Program-made: the position numbers and the translations under genes
Shown here: positions 38,121 through 49,577 of the stretch, piece by piece
How the letters are laid out: the number at the start of each line of letters is the position of its first letter
Position numbering within the stretch: the first letter of the stretch is position 1
The notes under the pieces: generated by a model
The model's input: only the letters and a program-made list of their open reading frames with translations
Databases searched by the model: none
What the model was told of the DNA's origin: nothing
Source: Kofleriaceae bacterium
GTDB taxonomy: Bacteria; Myxococcota_A; Polyangia; Haliangiales; Haliangiaceae
Assembly: GCA_965215005.1 (NCBI GenBank)
Contig: CBDCCZ010000054.1
Coordinates: 269,069-333,068, forward strand
Reading direction: 5' to 3'
Length of the DNA: 64,000 nucleotides

Positions 38121-39612
38121 CAGCACTCTGCCGGATGCCGAGCGGCCAGCTCTTCGGCCGCCTCGTGTCGCTCTGTGGCCCGCAGCCGCTCGAGGTAGGC
38201 TGCGAGCTTGCCGCGTACGTGGGTGGGGCCGCCTTCTTCGATGACCCGCCACATCGGGTCAGTTGGGTGATGCGCAGAACGCATCATCTCTGCAGTCCAC
38301 TGCTCCAACTGCCCCATGGCCTTGGCTACCAGCTCAGGCCTTGCAGTGGCGACATCTTGCTCCTCGTGTGGGTCACGAGCGAGGTCAAACAGCATGTAAT
38401 CGTTCCAGAGATGATATCCGTCGTGATACGTGCGCAGGCACAGCCAATCACCTTCGTCGTCGCGGAACCGCACTCCGCGCTGGCAGCTCCACGCTCCCTG
38501 TGACAGCACCAAAAACTCCCTGCCAGCACCGGTCTTGCCGGCACGAAAGTCCGCTTCGAATCCCGCGCCATCCCAGTTGGAAAATGGTCCGGTGCCGACC
38601 AGCTCGGCGACGAGCGCGGCGAGGTCTACCTGATACCGCAGCGCAGTGTCGACTCGCCCCGCCTGCGACTCTGTGATCCCTGGCCAACGAACGATGAAAG
38701 GCACCCGACACGTGTACTCATCGGCACTTTGATGATCGCCGTAGACGCCGAGCTCGCCGAGGTTCTCGCCGTGGTCGGCGCTTAGGAGGATGGCGCAGTC
38801 GTCGGCCACGCCTGCACCGGCGAGCTCGCTAAGCAGCCTTCCCCACCCAATCATCGGCGTAGCGAATCCCGGTGTCGTAGCCATCGAACAGCGCGCGGGC
38901 GGCGGCCATTGAATCGATTTGCAGCGGCTGCCGCGGATAGGCTGGCCGATACAGCGTGGGATCGACCTCAAAGCCGCAGACCTCACGCGCCGAGTGCGGG
39001 GCCCGCCGAGCACCAGTGACGTTCGCGCACCGCTTCGGTGTACCAAGCTGGCAGTGGATCGCTGGCGAAGGGCTCGCCGTACTCCCGTGGAGTTCGATAG
39101 GGCGTGTGAGGATCCCACAAGTTGACGTGAAGAAACCAATCGTCGCGCTGTGCGTTGCGCTGGAGCCAATCAAGCGCAATCGCTCCGATCTCATCACCGA
39201 GCTCGAGACCGCGCCGGCCGGGATTGTGAAGCTCTGCAAAGTTCGCGGCGAAGTGATGCGCGCCGTGGCGATCGGCAAACGGGCTGATCGATGCTGTATG
39301 CAGTCCAGCGTCGCGAAGGCAACGCATCCAGCTGGTGCGCCCCAGGATGCTGTTGAATCCGCGACTGGCGCCTTCGGGAAAGAGCTCAGCGGCGGCGCCA
39401 CCATGGCCAATCACGCCGGTGTGAATTCCAAAGCGACCGCTGAACAACGCGGTTCGGCTCGGCAGGCAAGGCGCGTCGGATGCGTAAACGCCGGTAAAGC
39501 GCACGCCTTGCGCGGCGATCGCATCGATGTGGGGGCTGGTAGCGCGATGATAGCCGTAGCAACCGAGATGATCAGGGCGGAGGCAGTCGATGTCGATGTA
39601 GAGGATGCGCAT
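38120..39612 (-). CDS. Cys-type sulfatase, split by two +1 frameshifts (near 39000 and 38843)
   Basis: [24 protein letters not shown] (CxPxR), DPHTPY; then YDTGIRYAD; then [24 protein letters not shown] in three successive frames. Confidence 0.88.
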
Positions 39613-39845
39613 CGCTGCTGCTACCCTACTTCATCACCTCACTGCCGGCGTGACTCATCGCTCGGAGTTCCAACTCGCTTTCGTGCGACGCGAGTGTCAC
39701 TATGGATGTCTTCGCCGCTCCATCGATACAACACTGCGCGATCGCGACGTGGATCTCCCAAGCCACATTCTCCTGCCCCGGTGTCTCAGCGCGCTGCCGC
39801 GGGTCTGGATGCTGCTGAGTTGCAGCGCGGTGGGGCGTGGCTCGC

Positions 39846-40940
39846 ATGAATGAGGAGTGCGATGAGCGCGTGTATTTGCCGGTCCTCGACCAGCGCTGGG
39901 AGCCGCTGGCGTACTTGCCCGCGGCGGCGGCGCGCGCTGATCCCGGAAGCCCGAGGAGGTCGCGTGGTCGCGAGAAGCGCTGGCCGATTGCGAGCGCTGC
40001 GTGATGCTTCCCGATCACAGCGGCGCCGAGCCGGATGCGCCGTGGTCGTTTCGCGAGGAAACCCGCTGCTGCACGTTCGAGCCCATCGTGCCAACTTCTT
40101 GGTGGGGCGTGCGCTTCGCCCGCGGCGGGGTTAGCGCCGAGAAGGTTCGCGCGCGGCTGCAGGGCGAGGGCGTGACGGCGCTGGGTATTTCGCCCTCGCC
40201 CGCCTTTCGCGCTCGCTACGAAGCCCGCCGCGCGCTCGGCTTTGGTCGCGACGTGAGCTTGCGCTGTCCGTACTTCGTTGGCGGTGAGCACGCGTGCGGC
40301 ATCTGGAACGACCGCAGCTCCACGTGTCGCACTTGGTTTTGTAAGCACGAGGAGGGCGTGGCCGGGGCCATGCGGTGGTGGCATCTCGATGAGGCCACGA
40401 CGATGCTCGAGCGAGAGCTCGCGTTGTTCTGCCTGCGCAAAGCGCGCGCGCCGCGAGCCGGCGCCAGCACCGATGAGCTCATCACGTGGTTCATCGCTTG
40501 CGCCGCCCGCATCGATGCCTTCGACGCCGCCGCCGACGTCGCATCGATCAATCTGCGCCCGCTCTTGCAACCGCGCGCAGCGCTCGCGCGGCAAGCGCTG
40601 CAGCCCTCGCCTTCGACCCTGCCGCTGCCCAACGCCATTGAGCCGAGCGTGAGCGAGGTGTTCGAGGAAGGCGACGAAGTTCGTGTGGTCGGCTACTCGA
40701 CTTACGACTCGGTGGTAGCCCCTCGCGCGATTTTTTGCGTTTCTCGGCCGTCTCGATGGCGTTCGCGACTGGCGTCAGACACTACGCGAGGTGGCCGCGC
40801 AACACGGCGAAGATCTCAGTGAAATCCTCGTGCGTGAGCTTGTACGTATCGGCGCCATCTCGGTTGCGGCCAGCGATGCTGAGCCAGATTCGGGAACTGA
40901 TCACCCTGCACCGGGGGACTCCAATCGGGGAGGAACGTAG
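39846..40940 (+). CDS. Cys-rich hypothetical protein (YkgJ-like Zn/Fe-S-binding), several frameshifts
   Basis: Reconstructed CERCVM...RCCTFEP..PNFLVG...CPYF.....CGIW..RSSTCRTWFCK; frameshifts near 39940, 40100-40120 and 40735; boundaries approximate. Confidence 0.6.
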
Positions 40941-40969
40941 TAAGGTCCGCCCGCCACGGAGGCACCTAC

Positions 40970-41521
40970 ATGTACGAACGCCGTCGCTTCTTCGCTGTAC
41001 TCGTGGACTGTGTCGTCACTGCTGATCGCGTCTACCGCATGGGCCCACGCGGGTGAGAGCCACACCGGGCCGAGTTTTTGGCAGGCGCTGGGCGCATCCG
41101 TTCACCGGCCCCGACCATCTGTTTGCAATGCTCGTGGTCGGGCTCATGGCATCGCGCTTTCGCGGTGCGCCACGCTTCGAGATCATCGTGAGTTTCTTCG
41201 CGCTGTTCGCTGGCGGCGGGTTGCTAGGCAGCCTCGCCGAAGCTCCATCTTCGCTCGTAGAGGTCGTAGTCCTGGCCTCGGTAGCGGCGCTCTCGCTGCT
41301 GCTCGCCACCGCGCGTCGGTTTGGTCCCCACGCTCGTGTCCTTCTTCGCGGGAATCTTCGCCCTCGCTCACGGTTTCGTGCACGGCGTCGAGATGGTGCC
41401 CGCCACCGCCCCAGCCGTCATGCTCGGAATGACGGTTGGAACGGCCTTTTTGATCGCCGCCGGGCTCATCTGCGGCGTGCTCATCGGCCGCACCTCGCGC
41501 CGCTGGGTCACCGTCATCTGA
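40970..41521 (+). CDS. HupE/UreJ family Ni/Co permease, three +1 frameshifts
   Basis: GGAGG RBS; AWAHAGESH...HPFTGPDHLFAMLVVGL and FALAHGFVHGVE motifs spread over ORFs 41010, 41053 and 41321. Confidence 0.8.
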
Positions 41522-41535
41522 CACTGGATGGAACG

Positions 41536-43055
41536 TTAGACCGCAGGCCGAAGGACTCGCGACGTGCTGCCATTCTTGAGTCGTTCGGTCTCGAGGCTGA
41601 CGTCGCCGGGGTGGCGCTGATGCCACTCCTCGATCAGCTCGATGCACGCGTGATCGATGTACGACACGTTATCGAGGTGAAAAATGCACTTCCGAGTCAT
41701 CAGGAATCGCTTCTAGCACCTCAGCCAGCTTCGGCAGGCTGATAAACGTGGCGGCGCCGTGCAGCGTTAAATCGTAGCGCTTGCCGTCGTTCTCGACGTT
41801 GACCTTGAGCTTTGCAAGTGCGAAGAGCAAGCGCGCGACCGCCAGGGCCAAACCAGTAGCCACGCCAATGAGTAGGTCTGTCGCTACGATCATTGCGACA
41901 GTGACCGCCCAAATTGCCAGCTCGACGCGCCCCTTGCTGGCCAGACGTCGCACCGCCGGAAAACCCAGTAGCTTCCAGCCGGTGTAGACCAAGATGGCCG
42001 CCAAGCTCGACGTGGGGATGAGCGAAAGCACCTGCGGCAGGACGGCGACCAACAGCAGGATCCACGCGCCGTGAAAAATCGCCCGACCACTTGGTCTTGG
42101 CGCCTGCCTCGATATTGGCCGAGCTGCGCACGATTACGCCGGTCATGGGCAACGCGCCAACGACGCCGCAGAGCATGTTGCCGATGCCTTGCGCGCGCAG
42201 CTCCTTGTTGTATTTGGTGCGCTCGCCGTCGTGCATGCGGTCGGTCGCGGTGGCGCAGAGAAGAGTTTCTGCACTGGCGATCAGCGCGAGCCCAACAGCG
42301 CTGGCCCAAAACGCCGGAACGCTCAGGAGCGAAAGGTTCTCTGCGGAGGTCCAGTTCAGCACCGATAAGAGGTCACTTGGCACCTCGACGCGGGCGATCG
42401 GCAGGGCCAGCAGCCCGGCACCCGCGGTTGCAGCCACCACTCCAATCAGCGGGCCCGGCAGCATTCGCAATTGCCGGGGGCGGAAGCGATTCCACAATAC
42501 GATGATGAGAATCGTCGAGACTCCCACCGCGGCGGCGAGATGATGCACGGTATCGGGCCCGGCGAATAGACCCAGATACACCGACTCAGGAATCGAGAGC
42601 AGGTTGTCCACCGCAGAGCTTCGCGGCGCGTCATCAACCATCATGTGGAACTGACTGGCGATGATCAGCACGCCGATACCGCTGAGCATGCCTTGAATGA
42701 CCGCGGGCGAGACGGCGCGGAACCAGCGGCCGAGACCGGCGGCGCCTGCTGCGAGCTGGACGACGCCGCAGATCAGCACGGCAAGCCCGAGCGCTGCCAG
42801 GCCGAAGTCTTGAATGAGCTCCCACACCATGACCGCCAGACCGGCCGCTGGACCACTCACTTGCAGCGGTTGACCGGCGATGAACCCGACGACGAGCCCG
42901 CCGATGATTCCAGTTACCAGGCCGAGTGCCGGTGGTGCTCCAGAAGCGAGCGCGATCCCCATGCAGAGCGGCAGGGCCACCAGGAACACCACGAACGAGG
43001 CCATGAGGTCCTGCCCCCAGAAGGACCTCTTCGAAGGCGACTGCTCAATGCTCAC
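41536..43055 (-). CDS. SulP/SLC26 anion (bicarbonate) transporter, frameshifts near 42083 and 41681
   Basis: VVFLVALPLCMGIALASG, VSGPAAGL, ELRAQGIGN, LPMTGVIVRSSAN; the remaining TMs and STAS-like end (YIDHACIELI) lie in the next frames. Confidence 0.9.
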
Positions 43056-43738
43056 GATGCTCGCTTCCCGTCTGCTGACGCAGCACGCAAGCGCAGATCC
43101 TGGCCAACCGGATGCATGGTTTCGGCGAGCTCGACGAAGGCCTTTTGCGACGGGTCGTAGCTGGTGATAGCGCCGCTGCCAATGTCGTAGACCCAGCCGT
43201 GGAGGGTGATCGCGTTCCTCGCTAGCGCCGCGGCGACCGCCGGATGGCCACGGAGGCTGTCGAGTTGCCGGAGCACGTTGACCTCGACGGTTCGCGCGAG
43301 TCGATCAGCGCTGCCGAGCCCCTCGCTGTCCATGCTGTCTACCACTGCCCGAGCCGGGCGAGCGAGGTCGAGCCAGCGCGCCACAGAGGGCATGGAGGCC
43401 GCGGAGCTCGGGTCCAGGAGTGCCTTCATCGCGCCACAGCCCGAGTGACCACAAACGATGACGTTGGTGACCCCCAACCCGGAGATCGCGTACTCAATCG
43501 TCGCTTGTTCTCCGCCCGGAGCCATCGCGTAAGGGGGCACCAGATTGCCCGCGTTGCGGATGACGAAGAGCTGTCCTGGCTCGGAATCGGTGATCAGGTG
43601 CGGGACGACTCGCGAATCTGAGCACGTAATGAACAGGATGCGTGGCTCTTGCCCGCCTTCCAGTTTCTTGAACAGGTCTTTGCGCTGGGGGAATCCGTCT
43701 CTCTGGAAACGAGCGACGCCGCGAACGATCTCATCCAT
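43052..43738 (-). CDS. Beta-class carbonic anhydrase
   Basis: FITCSDSRV, RNAGN, VCGHSGCGAM, HGWVYDI; GGAG RBS; overlaps the SulP start. Confidence 0.95.
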   Translation of the reverse strand: MDEIVRGVARFQRDGFPQRKDLFKKLEGGQEPRILFITCSDSRVVPHLITDSEPGQLFVIRNAGNLVPPYAMAPGGEQATIEYAISGLGVTNVIVCGHSGCGAMKALLDPSSAASMPSVARWLDLARPARAVVDSMDSEGLGSADRLARTVEVNVLRQLDSLRGHPAVAAALARNAITLHGWVYDIGSGAITSYDPSQKAFVELAETMHPVGQDLRLRAASADGKRAS

Positions 43739-43861
43739 CGTGGAGCTCCATCAACAAGTTAGCGGCGAGTCTAGAAGCCTCCGGTGTCGCCGGCAAGCCT
43801 GCACGCACAGACTGCTACTTTTCCACGTTCGCAGAGCCCGGGCCTCAGTAGAACGCTCGTT

Positions 43862-43909
43862 GAGCTGCTGCTGCTGCTGCTGCTGCGCAGGTAGCAGCAG
43901 CAGCAGCTC
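43862..43909. repeat. (CTG)7 / (CAG)4 inverted trinucleotide repeat forming a 17-bp hairpin
   Basis: gagctgctgctgctgct...agcagcagcagcagctc. Confidence 0.8.
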
Positions 43910-44307
43910 CGAAATTTAGCTAGCGACAGCGGATGACGGAGTGACGGCTGGGTGAACGAGGTTGTCTGTTGAATGCCGTAGGACGGCGCTCTGCGAGAGA
44001 GTCGATTGGCGAGGTCGCAAGTGAGTCTTCTAATTTCCATTGTCGATTGGGGCAGCTCGGTGCGTGTCCGGCTTCTGCAGAAGGGCAGGGAGTCACGACG
44101 GCTTCGAGACCTGTGATCGCTGGGGGATTCCGCAGCCTCCAGGCCGGCTGCTCGATAGCGGATACGCTGCGCAGGCGCGGGTGTGCGGCTCGTGATCCCG
44201 GTGCGGCTTGCCGTACGCTGCACCGCACTGCCCCGCCTCGCGAAGCAGCCTCAGCAAGGTCTCGGAATCGCGATTGATTCGGTTGCCTGCACGCGATAGA
44301 ACGCTGC

Positions 44308-46398
44308 ATGGCCAAGGCGAGGGATCCGCTGGCAGTGTCGTTTCCGGCAGTCGATATCGCCGCGTGGCGAGCGCGGGTTGAAGCGGAGCTGGGGGCGTCT
44401 GCAGACACCCTCACCCGAACCACGCCGGAAGAGCTGGTGCTCGAGCCGCTCTACACCGCGGCTGATTGGCCCTCGGGTGAAAATCGCGGCGGCTATCCAG
44501 GCGCGGCGTCATTCGTTCGCGGTGCCAAGTTTCTCGGCACCGGTGCGGGTTGGTTGCGCAGCCAGCGCTATACGCATCCGCTGGCCGAGGCGTGCGCCGA
44601 GCAGCTCAAAACCGACCTCAGTCGCGGCATGAACGCAGCGTTGTTAGTGTTCGATGAAGCGGGTCGTGCTGGCCGCGATGCGGAAGCCGATGGCGCTGGT
44701 GTCGCCGGCGTATCGATATGTTCGGTGGAGGATCTGGATCGCGCCCTCGCCCTCGACCTCGCGTCTACGCCGGTGATCCTCGAGGCCGGCGCTGGTGCCG
44801 CGGCGGCGGCAGCATTTCTGCTGGCGCTGGCGGCGCGGCGCGGCGTCGCCCGCGATGCGCTCGAGGTGCGCTTTGGCGCCGATCCGCTGGGAACGTTGGC
44901 GAGTGCGGGGACGCTTCCGGGCAGCCTCGAGGGCGCGCTTGCCGACGCTGCGGGGTTGGCGGTGTATTGCGCGCGCGGCTTGCCGCGGGCACGGGCGCTC
45001 TGTGCTTCGGCGGTGCCGTACCACGACGCCGGCGCTCATGGGGTGCAGGAGCTGGCGTTCGTGTTGGCGACGATGGCCGAATATCTGCGCGCCATGGTGA
45101 CCGCTGGGCTCGACGTGGCGACGGCCGGTGCACAGCTCGCGATGACGTTTCCGGTGGGGCGCGACCTGTTCGTCGAAATCGCCAAGCTGCGGGCAGCGCG
45201 GCTGCTATGGAGCAAGCTGTTTGCCGCCTGCGACGTTGCGGAGCCTCCGGCGCCGTGGCTGGCGGCGCAGTGCTCCACGCGCACGCTCACTCGCCGTGAT
45301 CCATGGGTCAACATGCTGCGCGGCACCACCCAAACCTTTGCCGCGATTGCCGGTGGCGCCGACTGCATCACGACGACCGCATTTGATGAGGCGCTAGGCG
45401 AGCCCGATGCGCTGGGGCGGCGAGTGGCGCGCAACACGCAGCTCATCCTTGGCCAAGAAAGCCGTTTGGGCGAGGTCATCGATCCCGGCGGCGGGTCGTG
45501 GTTCATCGAGTCGCTCACCGACTCGCTTGCGCGGAGTGCATGGCAAGCATTTCAGCGCATCGAAGCAGCTGGCGGTATGACGTCTTTTTTGCGCAGCGGC
45601 GCTGCCGCTCGCGAGGTCGAGGCTAGCTGGCAGGAGCGCGCGCGGCGGCTCTCACGTCGCAAAGACGCCATCACCGGCGTGAGCGAGTTCGCTAATCTGG
45701 CGGAAACGCTGCCGCAGCGCGACACGCTCACGGCGGCGCAGCAAGAGACGCTGGCGGCGAATCTGCGAACGCATCGTGAGAGCCACGGCAGCTTTGATTT
45801 GGCGCGAATTACCCACGCCACCGGCGCCAGTCGCATCGACGCGGCCGTCGAAGCCGCGGCGAGCCGCGCCACGCTCGGCGAGATTACCCGGGCCATGGCC
45901 GAAGGCGCCGCGGAGCGCATCGAGCCTCTCGTGCGGCACCGCGACAGCGAGCTGTTCGAGGTGCTGCGCGATGCGGCGGATGCGGCTGCGGAGCGCCCGC
46001 GCGTCTACCTCGCCAACCTCGGGCCGATCCCGGCGCACAAGGCGCGCGCAGCGTTTGCGAGCAACTTCTTTGCGGCCGGCGGGATCGAAGCGCAGGCCGA
46101 GGATGGCACCGGTGATGCCGATGCCGCTACTGCGGCTGCCGCGCTCGCCACGGGGTTTCGCGCCTCAGGCGCGCCGGTTGCGTGCGTTTGCGGCACCGAT
46201 GCGGACTACCAACGACTCGCTCCCGCGGTGGCCTCGGCCCTCATCGATGCTGGCGCCGAGGTCGTGTATCTGGCGGGACGCCCGGGCGCGCTCGAGGAGC
46301 CGCTGCGCGCCAGCGGCATCTCGCGCTTTCTCTATCTCGGTTGCGATGTCCGCGCGGAGCTCGCGTGGCTGTTGCAGACGCTGAAAGTGCTGTCATGA
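44308..46398 (+). CDS. mutA: Methylmalonyl-CoA mutase small (beta) subunit
   Basis: [21 protein letters not shown]...[36 protein letters not shown]; lacks the DxHxxG cobalamin motif. Confidence 0.9.
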   Translation: MAKARDPLAVSFPAVDIAAWRARVEAELGASADTLTRTTPEELVLEPLYTAADWPSGENRGGYPGAASFVRGAKFLGTGAGWLRSQRYTHPLAEACAEQLKTDLSRGMNAALLVFDEAGRAGRDAEADGAGVAGVSICSVEDLDRALALDLASTPVILEAGAGAAAAAAFLLALAARRGVARDALEVRFGADPLGTLASAGTLPGSLEGALADAAGLAVYCARGLPRARALCASAVPYHDAGAHGVQELAFVLATMAEYLRAMVTAGLDVATAGAQLAMTFPVGRDLFVEIAKLRAARLLWSKLFAACDVAEPPAPWLAAQCSTRTLTRRDPWVNMLRGTTQTFAAIAGGADCITTTAFDEALGEPDALGRRVARNTQLILGQESRLGEVIDPGGGSWFIESLTDSLARSAWQAFQRIEAAGGMTSFLRSGAAAREVEASWQERARRLSRRKDAITGVSEFANLAETLPQRDTLTAAQQETLAANLRTHRESHGSFDLARITHATGASRIDAAVEAAASRATLGEITRAMAEGAAERIEPLVRHRDSELFEVLRDAADAAAERPRVYLANLGPIPAHKARAAFASNFFAAGGIEAQAEDGTGDADAATAAAALATGFRASGAPVACVCGTDADYQRLAPAVASALIDAGAEVVYLAGRPGALEEPLRASGISRFLYLGCDVRAELAWLLQTLKVLS

Positions 46399-48569
46399 AG
46401 AAGCTGCCGGATTTCGCTGCGATTGGCTTCGATGACCTCGACGTCGGCGGTGGCGACCGCTTGGCGTGGCAGACCGCCACCGCCAATGGTCGTCCGGCTG
46501 CACCGCTGCCCGAGGGTATCGAGCAGCGGCTGCTCTACGACCCTGCCGACGTGCAAGGTCTCGGGCATCGAGACACCATGCCTGGATTTCCGCCGTACGT
46601 GCGCGGTCCGTACTCCACGATGTACGTGCGGCGACCGTGGACGATTCGCCAGTATGCCGGCTTCTCTACCGCCGAGGAGTCCAATGCATTCTATCGGCGC
46701 AACCTTGCTGCGGGCCAAAAGGGTCTCTCTATCGCCTTCGATCTCGCGACCCATCGCGGGTATGACTCGGATCATCCACGCGTCACTGGCGATGTTGGAA
46801 TGGCCGGAGTCGCGATCGACTCCATCTACGACATGCGCATCTTGTTCGACGGCATCCCGCTCGATCAGATGAGCGTGTCGATGACCATGAACGGCGCCGT
46901 GCTGCCGGTGATGGCGCTCTACATCGTCGCCGCCGAAGAGCAGGGGGTGGCGCCGGAGAAGCTCAGTGGGACCATCCAGAACGACATCCTCAAGGAGTTC
47001 ATGGTCCGCAACACGTACATCTATCCGCCCGCCCCCTCGATGCGGATCATTGCAGATATCTTCCGCTACACCGCCGAGCGGATGCCGCGCTTCAACAGCA
47101 TCTCGATTTCTGGCTATCACATGCAAGAAGCCGGAGCCACCGCCGACATCGAGCTCGGCTATACGCTCGCCGATGGGCTCGAGTACGTGCGCACCGGTAT
47201 CGCAGCCGGGCTCGACGTCGATGCGTTCGCACCGCGGCTGTCATTCTTCTGGGCCGTGGGAATGAACTTCTTCATGGAGGTTGCCAAGCTGCGGGCGGCG
47301 CGCCTGCTTTGGGCGGGGTTGCTCGAGCAGTTTGCGCCCAAGAACCCCAAGTCGATGGCGCTGCGCACGCACTGCCAGACCTCGGGTTGGTCGCTCACGG
47401 CGCAAGATGTTTACAACAACGTCATTCGCACCTGCATCGAGGCCATGGCAGCAACGCAAGGGCATACGCAAAGCTTGCACACCAATTCGCTCGACGAGGC
47501 GCTGGCGCTGCCCACCGATTTCTCCGCCCGCATCGCGCGCAACACGCAGCTGCAGCTGCAACAAGAGAGCGGCACCTGCGCGGTCGTCGACCCATGGGGC
47601 GGTAGCTACTACGTAGAGCGGCTCACGCATGAGCTGGCGCGCAAAGCAGCGGCGCACATCGAAGAGGTCGAAGCGGCGGGTGGCATGGTCAAAGCGATCG
47701 AGGAGGGGCTGCCCAAGATGCGTATCGAGGAAGCGGCGGCGCGAACGCAGGCGCGCATCGACGCGGGGCGGCAGACCATCGTTGGCGTCAATACTCATCG
47801 CCTTACTGCAGAGGATCCGCTCGAGGTGCTCAAGGTCGACAACGCCGCGGTGCGCCAGGCGCAAATCGCGCGCCTGGAGCGACTGCGTGCCGAGCGGGAT
47901 GCCGGCGAGGTCGAGCGCGCTCTGCGCGCGTTGACCCGCTGCGCCGAGCTCGAAGAAGGCAATCTGCTGGCGCTAGCGGTGGATGCCGCGCGCGCCAAAG
48001 CCACCGTTGGCGAGATGAGCGAGGCTCTCGAGAAAGTCTGGGGACGTCATCAAGCAGTGATTCGCAGCATCGCCGGTGTCTATAGTGGCGAGGTGGGCGA
48101 AAATGCCGCTTCCATCGCCACGGCGCGTGCTCGGGTGGCTGGATTTCTGGCCGATGAAGGACGCCGGCCACGCATCCTAATCGCCAAGATGGGCCAGGAT
48201 GGCCACGATCGCGGCCAAAAGGTCATTGCCACCGCATTCGCCGACCTCGGGTTCGACGTCGACATCGGCTCGCTGTTCCAAACGCCCGCTGAAACCGCGC
48301 GTCAGGCGGTGGAGAACGACGTGCACGTGGTTGGCGTGAGCTCGCTCGCGGCTGGCCACCTCACGTTGGTCCCTGAGCTGCGCGCCGAGCTCGACGCGCT
48401 GAGCAGGAGCGACATCTTGGTGGTGGTTGGCGGCGTCATTCCGCCCGGCGACTATGAGGCGCTGCGCGCCGCCGGCGCCGCGGCAATCTTCGGTCCCGGC
48501 ACCGTCATCGCCGACGCCGCGGGCGAGCTGCTCGATCGGCTCACCGGCGCGGAATCCGCCTCGCGCTGA
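46395..48569 (+). CDS. scpA: Methylmalonyl-CoA mutase large (catalytic, B12-binding) subunit
   Basis: [58 protein letters not shown] overlap with mutA. Confidence 0.96.
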   Translation: MKKLPDFAAIGFDDLDVGGGDRLAWQTATANGRPAAPLPEGIEQRLLYDPADVQGLGHRDTMPGFPPYVRGPYSTMYVRRPWTIRQYAGFSTAEESNAFYRRNLAAGQKGLSIAFDLATHRGYDSDHPRVTGDVGMAGVAIDSIYDMRILFDGIPLDQMSVSMTMNGAVLPVMALYIVAAEEQGVAPEKLSGTIQNDILKEFMVRNTYIYPPAPSMRIIADIFRYTAERMPRFNSISISGYHMQEAGATADIELGYTLADGLEYVRTGIAAGLDVDAFAPRLSFFWAVGMNFFMEVAKLRAARLLWAGLLEQFAPKNPKSMALRTHCQTSGWSLTAQDVYNNVIRTCIEAMAATQGHTQSLHTNSLDEALALPTDFSARIARNTQLQLQQESGTCAVVDPWGGSYYVERLTHELARKAAAHIEEVEAAGGMVKAIEEGLPKMRIEEAAARTQARIDAGRQTIVGVNTHRLTAEDPLEVLKVDNAAVRQAQIARLERLRAERDAGEVERALRALTRCAELEEGNLLALAVDAARAKATVGEMSEALEKVWGRHQAVIRSIAGVYSGEVGENAASIATARARVAGFLADEGRRPRILIAKMGQDGHDRGQKVIATAFADLGFDVDIGSLFQTPAETARQAVENDVHVVGVSSLAAGHLTLVPELRAELDALSRSDILVVVGGVIPPGDYEALRAAGAAAIFGPGTVIADAAGELLDRLTGAESASR

Positions 48570-49573
48570 TGCCTCGACAACGGCTCACCGTCGATGCCTA
48601 TGTCGAGGGCGTGCGCCGCGGTGATCGCGCAATTTTGGCCCGCGCGATCACGCTGGTTGAGAGCCGTCTCGAGAGCGACTATCGGCTCGCGCAAGAGGTG
48701 CTGGCGGCGGTTGCACCTGATGCTGGCGGTGCACACCGGGTCGGCATCACCGGCGTTCCTGGCGTTGGCAAGAGCACCTTCATCGAAGCGCTCGGAATGC
48801 GACTTTGTGAGCGCGGCCTGCGTCTCGCGGTGCTTGCGGTGGACCCTTCCAGCTCGATTTCAGGCGGCAGCTTGCTCGGCGACAAGACGCGCATGGCGCG
48901 GCTGGCGCAGGATCCGCGAGCGTTCATTCGGCCGTCTCCGAGCGCGCTCAGCTTGGGCGGAGTCACCCGCCGAACCCGCGAGACCATGGTGCTATGTGAG
49001 GCCGCGGGATTTGACGCCATCTTCGTCGAGACCGTGGGAGTCGGCCAGTCCGAGGTCATGGTCGCCGACATGGTCGACTTTTTCTTGGTCCTCATGCTGC
49101 CGGGCGCAGGCGATGAGCTGCAGGGAATCAAGAAGGGGATTCTTGAATTGGCTGACGTCATCGCGGTGAACAAAGCGGATGGCAACAACGTGATGCGCGC
49201 GCGGCGCAGCCAACGCGAGCACGCCGCGGCACTCGGATATCTGCGGCCCAAGACTCCGTCGTGGAAGCCGCGAGCAGTCACCGTGAGCGCGCAAACCGGG
49301 GTGGGAATCGATGAGCTATGGGGGCTCGTGCTCGAGCACCACCGGCTCCTGAGCGAGAGCGGCGAGCTCACCGCCTTGCGAGCCGAGCAGCGTCGCCGGT
49401 GGATGTGGGCGCTAATCGAAGACCGTTTGCTCGAGGCCTTTCGCCGTGACGCCGGCGTTGCCGCGGAGTTGCCTGGCATCGAGGCTCGAGTGTGCGCCAA
49501 TGCGACCACTGCGACGTCCGCCGCGGACGCGCTCCTCGAGATGTTCTTGCCCCACGCGCGCCGCGACGGCTGA
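48569..49573 (+). CDS. meaB: Methylmalonyl-CoA mutase-associated GTPase
   Basis: GITGVPGVGKST, AVDPSS, GDKTRM, ETVGVGQSE, GDELQGIKKG, VNKAD. Confidence 0.95.
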   Translation: MPRQRLTVDAYVEGVRRGDRAILARAITLVESRLESDYRLAQEVLAAVAPDAGGAHRVGITGVPGVGKSTFIEALGMRLCERGLRLAVLAVDPSSSISGGSLLGDKTRMARLAQDPRAFIRPSPSALSLGGVTRRTRETMVLCEAAGFDAIFVETVGVGQSEVMVADMVDFFLVLMLPGAGDELQGIKKGILELADVIAVNKADGNNVMRARRSQREHAAALGYLRPKTPSWKPRAVTVSAQTGVGIDELWGLVLEHHRLLSESGELTALRAEQRRRWMWALIEDRLLEAFRRDAGVAAELPGIEARVCANATTATSAADALLEMFLPHARRDG

Positions 49574-49577
49574 GAGC

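Noticed and set aside
40880..40969. Possible B12 or NiCo riboswitch before the HupE/UreJ gene
   Set aside because: The region is occupied by the 3' end of the upstream Cys-rich gene and has no recognisable consensus
38120..43055. Cluster of pseudogenes or programmed ribosomal frameshifts
   Set aside because: Breaks are mostly single extra bases in short runs, catalytic motifs are intact and no slippery heptamers are evident; sequencing error is more likely
43980..44307. Possible cobalamin riboswitch upstream of mutA (fragments cggtgcgtgtccg, gagacctg, ctgccccgc)
   Set aside because: The elements are out of order and the GGGAA and GCAACTGT core and the B12 box are missing; an Rfam scan would be needed
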